A stretch of DNA of 64,000 nt, from contig CAVQKE010000005.1 of assembly GCA_963713045.1 (NCBI GenBank), positions 160,001 through 224,000 on the forward strand. The letters are read 5' to 3'. Of the stretch, positions 18,962-27,162 are shown piece by piece (positions within the stretch are counted from its first letter, which is position 1; the number at the start of each line of letters is the position of its first letter). The position numbers were made by a program, and so were the translations under genes. Below the pieces are notes generated by a model. That model saw nothing but the letters and a program-made list of their open reading frames with translations, searched no databases and was not told the origin of the DNA. The DNA comes from an uncultured delta proteobacterium (GTDB taxonomy: Bacteria; Myxococcota; Myxococcia; Myxococcales; Myxococcaceae).

Positions 18962-20701
18962 TCAGCCCTCGCTTGACGCTTGGGAGTTCCGGTTCAACGA
19001 CGCCTCGAAGTGCTGGAAGTTGTTTCGACCGAGTTGTTTGGCGCGATAGAGCGCCTTGTCCGCACTCGCCACCAGACTGTCGACGTCGGTCCCATCATCG
19101 GGATAGCAGCTGATGCCGATGCTGGCAGAGACGGTGGTCGGTTTGCCGTCGACCAGAAATGGCTCGGTAAACAGCCCAAGAATTTTTGCCGCCATTTTGT
19201 CCGCCGCTGACGTTGTCGGACGGCTGCTGCTGAGAAACAGCATGAATTCGTCGCCGCCCATTCTGGCCACGGTGTCCTCTGCCCTGAGGGAGGCTTTGAG
19301 GCGCTGAGCCGCCTGAATCAACAATTCATCGCCCGCCGCATGGCCCAGGCTGTCATTGATGCGCTTGAAGAAGTCGAGGTCCACAAACATCACGCTGATG
19401 GTCTCCTTTCGCCGTTGGGCCTGTTGAATGCCGAGCGCCAGGCGATCTCTGAACAGTGCGCGGTTGGGGAGGTCGGTCAGGGCATCGTGAGAGGCCCGGT
19501 GGTGGGTGGCTTCTTCGGCTTCTTTTCTTCCGGTGATGTCGATGAGGCTTCCCTCCATCACCGCCTCGCCCGGCGTCTCTCCCGGAATGACTCTCTCGTT
19601 GAGGAGGCCCCACAGGGGGGCGCCGCCGCGACGCTTGAGGCGAACTTCGCAGTTCACCAGTGCGCGCTTGTCGTGAAGATGTTCAAGGAAAGATTTGCGG
19701 TCGGCGAGGTCGAGGTACAGGTCGGCGGCGGAGCGCTGCAGCAATTCGCCCGTCGAGTCATAGCCCAGCAGCCGAGCCAGGGCCGAGTTGCACTCCAAAA
19801 GCTTGCCGTCGAGCGTCGTCCGGTACAGGCCAGCTGGGCTCCGTTCAAACAGGTCGCGGTAACGCTGCTCGGAAGCAAGCAGTGCGCTCTCGTTGCGTGA
19901 GAGCAACATCGCCGCTTGCTGCGTCGCCAACATCCCAATCCCCGCCAGGATGAGTGCAATGGCCACAATTGCGCCCACCAGAAGCTTGTGCACGCGTCGA
20001 GCCGCGTCTCCGAGCGTGCTCGAGAACTCGTCCTCCAGAATGGTCAGCCTGACGTTCAAACCGGAGACGTCGGTCCTGAGCGCGTTGCGTTCCTCCGGCG
20101 ACAAGGGTCCGCCCGAGACCCGGGCGTGGATGCGTTCGCCCAGAGCGCGGAGTTCCTCGATGAGGCGGTCGCCCTGGGCCCACACCGCGATGGCGTGGTC
20201 CATTTCGGGGACCCAGCGAAACCGGCGGAACAGCATCATCATGCTGTCCACGTCGTCCGGATGGTTTCGGCCGCCGAGTAGCCCTCCCCTCGCCAGCGCC
20301 AGGTCTGGAGCAGCCTGCTCGAGCGTCTCTCGGGCCAGCCGGTCGCCCTTTTGAACGAGGAGGTGGTCCTCGAAATCGCGGTAGTCCGCCTCGAGGGTCG
20401 TGTCGAGGTAGGCGGCCAGGCTGATGGTGGCGTCCTTTTCGGCCTTGGACCACAGACCTTCGCCACCGACGTAGGCACGAACGCTCGACTGGAGGCCAAT
20501 TCCGAGGATGGCCAGCCCAGACAAGATGAACAGCAGCACTGCGAACAAGCACACCAGGGACACCAGGGCGCGCTGGATGAGGTGCAGCCGCCTGGTGTCG
20601 CGTTCTCTCAGCGCCGCATAGGGTAGCACTTCACTGGGGTCACCCTCGGAGCGCCCACACCACGCCACAGGTCGCACTGCGGCGCCGGACCTCACACTCA
20701 A
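18962..20701 (-). CDS. Membrane-bound PAS-GGDEF diguanylate cyclase
   Basis: Two TM helices around an extracytoplasmic sensor, then PAS (YRDLFERSP), DALTDLPNR, DLDFFKRIND, RAED I-site and an intact GGDEF. Exact start uncertain. Confidence 0.93.
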   Translation of the reverse strand: MSVRSGAAVRPVAWCGRSEGDPSEVLPYAALRERDTRRLHLIQRALVSLVCLFAVLLFILSGLAILGIGLQSSVRAYVGGEGLWSKAEKDATISLAAYLDTTLEADYRDFEDHLLVQKGDRLARETLEQAAPDLALARGGLLGGRNHPDDVDSMMMLFRRFRWVPEMDHAIAVWAQGDRLIEELRALGERIHARVSGGPLSPEERNALRTDVSGLNVRLTILEDEFSSTLGDAARRVHKLLVGAIVAIALILAGIGMLATQQAAMLLSRNESALLASEQRYRDLFERSPAGLYRTTLDGKLLECNSALARLLGYDSTGELLQRSAADLYLDLADRKSFLEHLHDKRALVNCEVRLKRRGGAPLWGLLNERVIPGETPGEAVMEGSLIDITGRKEAEEATHHRASHDALTDLPNRALFRDRLALGIQQAQRRKETISVMFVDLDFFKRINDSLGHAAGDELLIQAAQRLKASLRAEDTVARMGGDEFMLFLSSSRPTTSAADKMAAKILGLFTEPFLVDGKPTTVSASIGISCYPDDGTDVDSLVASADKALYRAKQLGRNNFQHFEASLNRNSQASSEG

Positions 20702-20755
20702 CAGCCCCCAGTTGGCTTTGAAGTTTCTTGGCCAACAATGCCAACAGCCGGGGCC

Positions 20756-22597
20756 TCAGCCTGCGCTGAAGCCGGCGTCCGGAATGTCCAAGGCCGAGGC
20801 GTCTTCCTGCATCATCAACTTTGCCTCGGCTTCGACCTTCGGCAACTCATTGCGCGCAAACCACAAGGCCGCCTGCTTCTTGCCCTCATAGAAGGCCTTG
20901 TCGCTCGCGCCTTCGGCGAGACTGCCCTGGGCGGCCTCGGCAATGACCGCCGCGTCCAACAGCAACCAGCCGACGGCGAGGCGCGCCATCATGGTGAGGA
21001 AGCGGTTGGCGTTGAGGCCAATCAGGCCCAGCTGTCCGGACTGGCTCCAGCTGAGGAGTCCCATGGCAGCGGACATCAGGTGCTCTTGCCCGGCGGCCAG
21101 GTTGGCCACGGCCGGACCCAGCACAGTGTGGCTCCGGTGCGCCTCGACAAAGTTGCCGACGTCCTGAAGGAAGGCCTGGAAGTATTGGCCCCCGGCCTGG
21201 CCCAGCTTTCGGCCCACCAAGTCCATCGCCTGGATGTGGTTGGTGCCTTCATAGATGCTGGTGATTTTGACGTCCCGGACCGACTGTTCCACCGGGTGGT
21301 CCTTGAGGTAGCCCGCGCCGCCGTAGACTTGAAGGGCACTGGCGCAGAGGCGGAAGCCCTCGTCCGAGGCGAAGGCCTTCACCAAGGGAGTGAGGAGCTC
21401 CACCTGGCCATGGTGGTAGCTGGCCTGGGCGTCGTCTTTGCCACGCAGCGCCCGCGAGAAGTCCACGTGGCGGGCCAGCTTGATGAGGAGAGCCCGTATC
21501 CCCTCGACGTGGGCCTTCATCTCGAGCAGCATCCGGCGCACATCCGGGTGCTCGAGAATGGCCACCCGGGGGACGGTTGGGTCCTTCCACTTGGTGTAGT
21601 GCGGGCCTTGTTTGCGCTCTTTGGCGTACTCCAGCGCGTTGAGGTAGGCACTCGAGGCCGCGGCCAGCCCTTGAATGCCGACCAGAATGCGGGCGCCATT
21701 CATCATCTTGAACATCTGGGCCATGCCGGCATTTTCCACGCCCCCCACCAGCTCGCCGACGCAGCCGTCGGCGTCGCCGAAGTTGAGGACGCAGGTGGCC
21801 GAACCATTAATCCCCATTTTGTGCTCAATGGAAGCGACTTGGACGTCGTTGGGTTCCCCCAGCGAACCGTCGGGCAGCACGCGGTTGCGGGGCACAATGA
21901 AAAGCGACAGCCCCTTGGTGCCCGGCGGAGCGCCCTCCACCCGAGCCAGGACGAGGTGAATAATATTTTCCGCGAGGTCGTGGTCCCCGCCGGAAATGAA
22001 AACCTTGGTGCCCTTCACTCGGTAGGTGCCGTCCGGCAGCCGGCGCGCGGTGCTTTTCGCCGCGCCGACGTCGGTGCCGGCCTGGGCCTCGGTGAGGCAC
22101 ATCGTGCCGCCCCAGGTGCCGTTGTACATGCGCTCGACGTAGCGCTTCGCCTGCTCGGGCGTAGCGCATTCCTCGATGAGTTCGGCCGCACCGAAGGCGA
22201 GGCCTGGGTACATGGCGAAGGCCGGGTTGGCGCCGCTCAGCATCTCCTCCACCAGCACGGTGAGCATGACCGGTGCGCCCTGGCCCCCGTACTCCGGCGA
22301 GACGCCCAACGACTTGAAGCCCAATTCGTACAGCTGCCTCCAGGCGTCCCGAAAGCCTTCCGGCGTCTTGACCTGGCCATTGTCCAAGCGGCAGCCACTT
22401 CGGTCGGCGCTTGCATTCAAGGGGCCCAACACCTCGCGCGCGAAGCGGGACGTCTCTTTGAGGATGCTGTGCGCCTCCTCTGCGCTCCACGCCTGGTAGG
22501 GCGGCTGGCCCACCACCTCAGCCAACTTGAATTGTTCGAGCAGCAGAAACGACAGCTCGCGCATGTCGTTTCGGTACCAATTGAGGGCAATAGCCAC
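20756..22597 (-). CDS. Acyl-CoA dehydrogenase (long, about 600-aa type)
   Basis: GTMCLTEAQAGTD, GTKVFIS, EHKMGINGSAT, QVYGGAGY, IYEGTNHIQAMDL. Confidence 0.95.
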   Translation of the reverse strand: MAIALNWYRNDMRELSFLLLEQFKLAEVVGQPPYQAWSAEEAHSILKETSRFAREVLGPLNASADRSGCRLDNGQVKTPEGFRDAWRQLYELGFKSLGVSPEYGGQGAPVMLTVLVEEMLSGANPAFAMYPGLAFGAAELIEECATPEQAKRYVERMYNGTWGGTMCLTEAQAGTDVGAAKSTARRLPDGTYRVKGTKVFISGGDHDLAENIIHLVLARVEGAPPGTKGLSLFIVPRNRVLPDGSLGEPNDVQVASIEHKMGINGSATCVLNFGDADGCVGELVGGVENAGMAQMFKMMNGARILVGIQGLAAASSAYLNALEYAKERKQGPHYTKWKDPTVPRVAILEHPDVRRMLLEMKAHVEGIRALLIKLARHVDFSRALRGKDDAQASYHHGQVELLTPLVKAFASDEGFRLCASALQVYGGAGYLKDHPVEQSVRDVKITSIYEGTNHIQAMDLVGRKLGQAGGQYFQAFLQDVGNFVEAHRSHTVLGPAVANLAAGQEHLMSAAMGLLSWSQSGQLGLIGLNANRFLTMMARLAVGWLLLDAAVIAEAAQGSLAEGASDKAFYEGKKQAALWFARNELPKVEAEAKLMMQEDASALDIPDAGFSAG

Positions 22598-22648
22598 GGG
22601 GCGGGGCCTCCAGGCGTGTGGACCACGCCGAGGGAAGTCTGTCGGCTG

Positions 22649-22664
22649 TTGACTCGTGAGTCAA
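22649..22664. promoter_or_regulatory. Palindromic operator overlapping a candidate -35 box of the acyl-CoA dehydrogenase gene
   Basis: TTGACTC-GT-GAGTCAA dyad with perfect 7-bp arms. On the minus strand it reads TTGACT-N17-CAGACT upstream of the ACAD start. Confidence 0.6.
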
Positions 22665-22739
22665 TCCAAAATAACGCCCCGCGTTAGGCGAGCCCTGGAA
22701 GGGCCGAGGTTGCTGCAAAAACGGGGGGTTGGCCCATGC

Positions 22740-23354
22740 CTACTTGCGGGCGGACTTCTTGGGGGGACTTTTGCGCGCCGCGGGCGCGGGCTTTTTCACC
22801 AGCGGGGTGGGCGGCGGGGACGGGCGAGGTTCTACCGGCTTGGGCGGCGGCTGGTGCAGGCTTTCCTTCGGTGCCGGAACCAGCAGCGGCGGCTGCCCTG
22901 CGCGCTGACGGTTTTCGTCGTCGGCCGAGTAGAAGAGTTGCACCAGCGCCGAGCCGCGGAGGACCAGCTCGCCCTTCTGGTTTTCCGCCCAGACGTCCAC
23001 CTCGGTGAAGTACTTCCCCGTCTCGCCCCAGCGCTCCATCACCCGGCCCTTGGCCACCACGGTGTCGCCAGGCCAGACAATTTTCGAGAAGCGCACCGTG
23101 TAGCGGCGTAGCTGTGCGCCCCGGCTCCAGTCGGAGACCAGCTGGCCCAACATCCCCATCACCAGCATTCCGGGGGCGTACACCGACGGCATGCCCAGAG
23201 AGCGCGCGTACGCCTCGTCCACGTGCACCGGGTTGAAGTCCCCCGATGCGCCGGCGTAGCGCGCCAACTGCACCCGGTCCACAGGCCCCTTGGTGAGCGG
23301 CGCCAGCTCGTCACCCAGGTGCACCGCTTCGAAGTAGAGCTTGCGCGCGGGCAT
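22740..23354 (-). CDS. MaoC-family hot-dog dehydratase, catalytic subunit
   Basis: YAGASGDFNPVHVD hydratase-2 motif; Pro/Lys-rich tail. Confidence 0.9.
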   Translation of the reverse strand: MPARKLYFEAVHLGDELAPLTKGPVDRVQLARYAGASGDFNPVHVDEAYARSLGMPSVYAPGMLVMGMLGQLVSDWSRGAQLRRYTVRFSKIVWPGDTVVAKGRVMERWGETGKYFTEVDVWAENQKGELVLRGSALVQLFYSADDENRQRAGQPPLLVPAPKESLHQPPPKPVEPRPSPPPTPLVKKPAPAARKSPPKKSARK

Positions 23355-23368
23355 CGGGCTGTGGCCTC

Positions 23369-23830
23369 TCAGGCCTCCTTGGACGCCGCCCGCACCACCA
23401 GGGTGCGTCGCGCGCGGAAGACCAACGCTCCCTCTTCGTCTCGCCCTTCATCTTCCAGCACGGCCACGTCCATGCGCCCGGCCGGCCCGGTGCGCACCTG
23501 GACGTCGGCCACCCGGGTGGCGACGAAAATGCGGTCGCCCGCCAAAATGGGCCTTTCGTATTCGAAGCTTTGTTCGGCGTGGAGGAGGCTTTTCACGGCG
23601 ACGCCCAACAACTCTCGCAAGTCGGCCGAGGTGTGGAAGCACGCCGGGAAGGTGGGCGGCGCCACCACCGTCGGATAGCCGGCCGCCCGGGCGTACTCCT
23701 CGTCGTAATAGACGGGGTTGAAGTCACCGAGGGCCTCGGCAAACCGGCGAATGGCGCCCTTCTCCACCTCATTCAGCGTGGGCGGCGAGGTCCGCCCAAC
23801 CGCATTCTTGTCGAGTATGGCGATGGCCAA
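23369..23830 (-). CDS. MaoC-family dehydratase partner subunit (FAS1_DH/HadA-like)
   Basis: VEKGAIRRFAEALGDFNPVYYDEEYA, APPTF, LHAEQSFEYERPI. Start uncertain (TTG 23830). Confidence 0.85.
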   Translation of the reverse strand: MAIAILDKNAVGRTSPPTLNEVEKGAIRRFAEALGDFNPVYYDEEYARAAGYPTVVAPPTFPACFHTSADLRELLGVAVKSLLHAEQSFEYERPILAGDRIFVATRVADVQVRTGPAGRMDVAVLEDEGRDEEGALVFRARRTLVVRAASKEA

Positions 23831-23849
23831 ATCTCCGGTGTGAGAGGGG

Positions 23850-24836
23850 CTATCTGCCCGCCGGCAAATCGAGCACGGTGAGCAGCCCTGGGCTGGCGGC
23901 GGTGAGGCGAGGCGCGGCATGGACGACGAGGTGGGCGGTCGCGGAGTCCCCGGGAATGCCGCCCGGCACTTCCAGCGTGAGGCGGCGGTCCGCCTCCAGC
24001 ACCAGCCGGTCCAGCCCCGAAGCGCCCACCGCCAGCGTCACCTCGAGGCGCACCCGTTCCTGGCCGTCCTGTAGGCCGACCGCCGTCTGGTGGACGCCGG
24101 CCACGTGCCCCTTGGGCACCGGCACCGGGCTGCCCGGGTGGTCCTCCTCGGCAAGCAGCGGAAAAAGCTCCTCCTCAAAGTCATCACAATCCAGCCCCAG
24201 CCCGAGGGCACAGAGCGCGGCGGATTCGACCAGGCCGACGTGGCCCACGCCGTCCTTCTCGGCCAGCGCGGCAAAGGCCTCCTCGGTGAGGCCCGCGCCA
24301 ATTTTGCGCTGGAAGGCCTCGCGGCGCGTGCCAGCATCCACGCTTCGGGTGGCGTGCACATGCCGCACCGCCCCGACCGTCTGTCCGACGGTCGCCACCA
24401 GCCTGTCCAGGACGAAGCCCGGGTTGACGCCGGTCCCCACCACCGAGACGCCGGCCCGCAGCGCGGCCTTCTCCAGCCGCTCGGCAAGCCCCGGGTGCCG
24501 GAGAAAGGGGAACGCCAACTCCTCGCAGGTGGACACCACCGGGTGCCCCTGGCGGAGCGCCTCCAGCAATTCCTCCGCCACCGCGTCCAAGCGCGAGCCG
24601 GTGGCGTGCAGCACCACCGCGCCGGCGTGGGCGCCGCGCAAGCTGTCCTTCACCTGCACCTTCGACTCCAGATGCAGCAGCTCGCCCAGCGAGGCGCCGA
24701 CCAGCTGTGGGGCAATGTCCACCGCCCCCACGACGTCCAGCTCCTCGGAGGCCAGCGCAGCTCGGGCAATTTCCCGTCCAATGTGGCCGAGCCCCATCAC
24801 CACCACAGGCACCCGCCCGGAAGGGACTCTGCCCAT
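23850..24836 (-). CDS. 2,4-diaminopentanoate dehydrogenase / native amine dehydrogenase-like oxidoreductase (DapB-like N-terminus)
   Basis: Rossmann motif GLGHIG, STCEELAFP, GTGVNPGF, QRKIGAG, GHVGLVES, PGDSAT. Confidence 0.75.
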   Translation of the reverse strand: MGRVPSGRVPVVVMGLGHIGREIARAALASEELDVVGAVDIAPQLVGASLGELLHLESKVQVKDSLRGAHAGAVVLHATGSRLDAVAEELLEALRQGHPVVSTCEELAFPFLRHPGLAERLEKAALRAGVSVVGTGVNPGFVLDRLVATVGQTVGAVRHVHATRSVDAGTRREAFQRKIGAGLTEEAFAALAEKDGVGHVGLVESAALCALGLGLDCDDFEEELFPLLAEEDHPGSPVPVPKGHVAGVHQTAVGLQDGQERVRLEVTLAVGASGLDRLVLEADRRLTLEVPGGIPGDSATAHLVVHAAPRLTAASPGLLTVLDLPAGR

Positions 24837-24958
24837 CGCGAGGAATCTCCTGTTTTCAGGGGGTTTGCCTCCGTCCCCGCAGCGGAATTCCCGGTAAACC
24901 TAGACGAGCGCCTCCTCCACCGGCAAGGGTTTAAGGGGGTTGGGGTGGCAAACTCTCC

Positions 24959-27049
24959 TCAGCGGTGCGACAGACCTGTGCCATCCTGCACCGCGTCAAG
25001 GGTGCCCATGCTGTCCCCTTCCAGCACCGCATCCAGGGCGTCCATGCCGGACACCACCTCTCCCACCACGGTGTAGCGGCCCTCCAGGTGGGGTTGTCGG
25101 CTGAGGGCCACAAACAGTTGGCTACCGCCCGTGTCCTTGCCGCTGAGTGCCATGCCCACCGTCCCCCGGCGGTAGCGCCGCGGGCTGACTTCACAGGGCA
25201 GGGTAAAGCCGGGCCCGCCCTCCCCGTCTCCCCGTGGGTCTCCCCCCTGCACCACAAAGTCCGGCACCACGCGGTGGAAGGTGAGGCCTTGGAAGTAGCC
25301 GGCGCGGGCCAAGCGGGTCAGTTGCGCCACCGTCTCCGGCGCAGCGTCCACCGCCGGCTGAATCACAACGACGCCTCGGGCCGTGTCCAGCCGCCAGGCC
25401 ACGTCCGCACTGACGCTGTCCGCGTGCGGAAAGGCGGGCGGTGCGTCCGGGCCTGCGCCCGGGCCCCACACCGGCTTTCCCTCCAGGGTGGTGAGGGCGT
25501 GCTCCGCGGCGTGGCGCAAATGCGGGTGGGACGCCACCAGCCAGCTGTGAAGCAGCGCTTGGCCTCCGTCGGGTTTGAGGGCGACCAGGGCCTCAGCCCA
25601 GGCATCGGCCTGCTCAGGCTCGTTGGTCGCCGCCTTCGCTCGGCGCAGCACCGCCGGGCCGGAGGCCACGTCCATCAGTTCGCCCAGCGCGGCCGCCGCG
25701 GCGGCGGACAGCACTGGGTCCGCCGCGGAGACATAGGGCCGCACGTCCTCGGCCGCCTCGGCGTGGTGGCTTGCGCCCAACAGGTTGACGGCCGCCACCT
25801 GCACGGTGGCGTCCGGGTGATGAAGGTAGCGCTGCACGTCCGCCAGCTTGAAGTTGCTCTGCAGGGAAGCTGCCTTCGCCACCTCCTGGAGGCCGAGGCG
25901 CAGCCGCCGGGCTTCGGGCACCAGCCCGTCTCCGCACGACAGCGTCTCCAGAAGCCAGCCGGCACTCCTGTCCTCGGCCGCCGCGAGGCGGCAGTCCAGC
26001 CAGGCGAGGTCCGCCCGGGGGCCTGGGGGCGCGGCGGCAAAGTCCTCGCGCACCCGGGCGCGCAGCGAGGCGAGGAGGGGCTGGCCGGCCGGCGGCAGAC
26101 CGGCCTGGGCCAACGCCTCGAGCGGCGGGGCGCCCAGCCGCACGTCCCCGTGCGACACGCGGTCCACGGAAGCGGTGAGGGCCGGCAACTCGTCCAGTGG
26201 CGCACAGGCCGCAGCGGGGGTGCAGCGCGCGGCCAGCGTGGCCAGCGTCCGCGCTGCCTCCGCCGCCACTCCCGGCTGCGCGTCGGCCAACAACGGGCGC
26301 ACCGCGCGCGCGTCGGCCGGGGTGCCGTTGGCGGCAAGTCCTTTGACGGCCACGGCCCGCACGTCTGCGGCTTCGTCCAAGAGGGCCTTCAACAGCGCGG
26401 CCCTGCCCTCCGCCGCTGCGGCGTACCCCAGCGCATACGCCGCCGCCCAGCGCAGGGGCAGTGGTTCGCTGGGCACCAGCCGGCTGGCCAACAGCGGTGT
26501 GGCCGCCTCCGGCCAGGTGGCCTTGGCCCGCGCCGCCACACCGAGGGCCAGGGCCGCCGTCTCGGCGACCTCCGGCGCGGCCGCCAGGCGCTGCACCAGC
26601 CTGTCCAAGGCCGCCGGCGTCCGCAGCCGGCCCAGCGCCGTCAGCTGCTGGGTGCGCGCCGCTTCGTCCAACTCATGCGCCTCCGCTGCCAGCACCGCAT
26701 CCGCCAGCTTGGCGCGCACCGCGTCCGGAATGCCATCCCAGGCCAGCCCCAACTCTCCGGCCGCAAAGGCCGCCATGGCCCGTGCCTCGGGGTCCGGGTC
26801 GCTGCAGGCGGCGGCCACCGTCGGCGCCGTGTCTGCGTCCTGCAGCCGCGCCAAGGCCAACAGCGCCCGGGCCCGCACCGCCGGCGGCTTCATCGGGTCT
26901 CTGGCCCAGGCGCCCAGCGTCCCGGCGCCCAGGCTTCGGTGCTGCTCCCAATACGCAATGCGCGCCACCGCCTGGCCGCTGGGCTGCCCACAGTGGAAGT
27001 CGCCGCAGCCGGCGGCGACAAGGAGCGCGACGGAAAGGGCGGGACGCAC
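24959..27049 (-). CDS. HEAT-repeat lipoprotein with C-terminal cyclophilin PPIase domain
   Basis: Lipobox AAG-C, HEAT repeats (VRARALLALARL, VRAVAVKGLA) and cyclophilin motifs FHRVVPDFVVQGGDP and GMALSGKDTGGSQ. Start estimated at GTG 27049. Confidence 0.88.
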   Translation of the reverse strand: MRPALSVALLVAAGCGDFHCGQPSGQAVARIAYWEQHRSLGAGTLGAWARDPMKPPAVRARALLALARLQDADTAPTVAAACSDPDPEARAMAAFAAGELGLAWDGIPDAVRAKLADAVLAAEAHELDEAARTQQLTALGRLRTPAALDRLVQRLAAAPEVAETAALALGVAARAKATWPEAATPLLASRLVPSEPLPLRWAAAYALGYAAAAEGRAALLKALLDEAADVRAVAVKGLAANGTPADARAVRPLLADAQPGVAAEAARTLATLAARCTPAAACAPLDELPALTASVDRVSHGDVRLGAPPLEALAQAGLPPAGQPLLASLRARVREDFAAAPPGPRADLAWLDCRLAAAEDRSAGWLLETLSCGDGLVPEARRLRLGLQEVAKAASLQSNFKLADVQRYLHHPDATVQVAAVNLLGASHHAEAAEDVRPYVSAADPVLSAAAAAALGELMDVASGPAVLRRAKAATNEPEQADAWAEALVALKPDGGQALLHSWLVASHPHLRHAAEHALTTLEGKPVWGPGAGPDAPPAFPHADSVSADVAWRLDTARGVVVIQPAVDAAPETVAQLTRLARAGYFQGLTFHRVVPDFVVQGGDPRGDGEGGPGFTLPCEVSPRRYRRGTVGMALSGKDTGGSQLFVALSRQPHLEGRYTVVGEVVSGMDALDAVLEGDSMGTLDAVQDGTGLSHR

Positions 27050-27162
27050 GGCCAGGGGGCAAGCTTCGCTGAGGCGGCCCACCCAATGCCAGCGGCAGCG
27101 CCCGCCCCCGGGGGGGGTGTGTGCCGCCTGTGCGAGAATGCCGCTGTGTCTTAAGGCGGCCA

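Noticed and set aside
23850..24836. Calling this gene dapB
   Set aside because: It lacks the E-x-HH-x-x-K-x-DAPSGTA substrate motif of true dihydrodipicolinate reductase.
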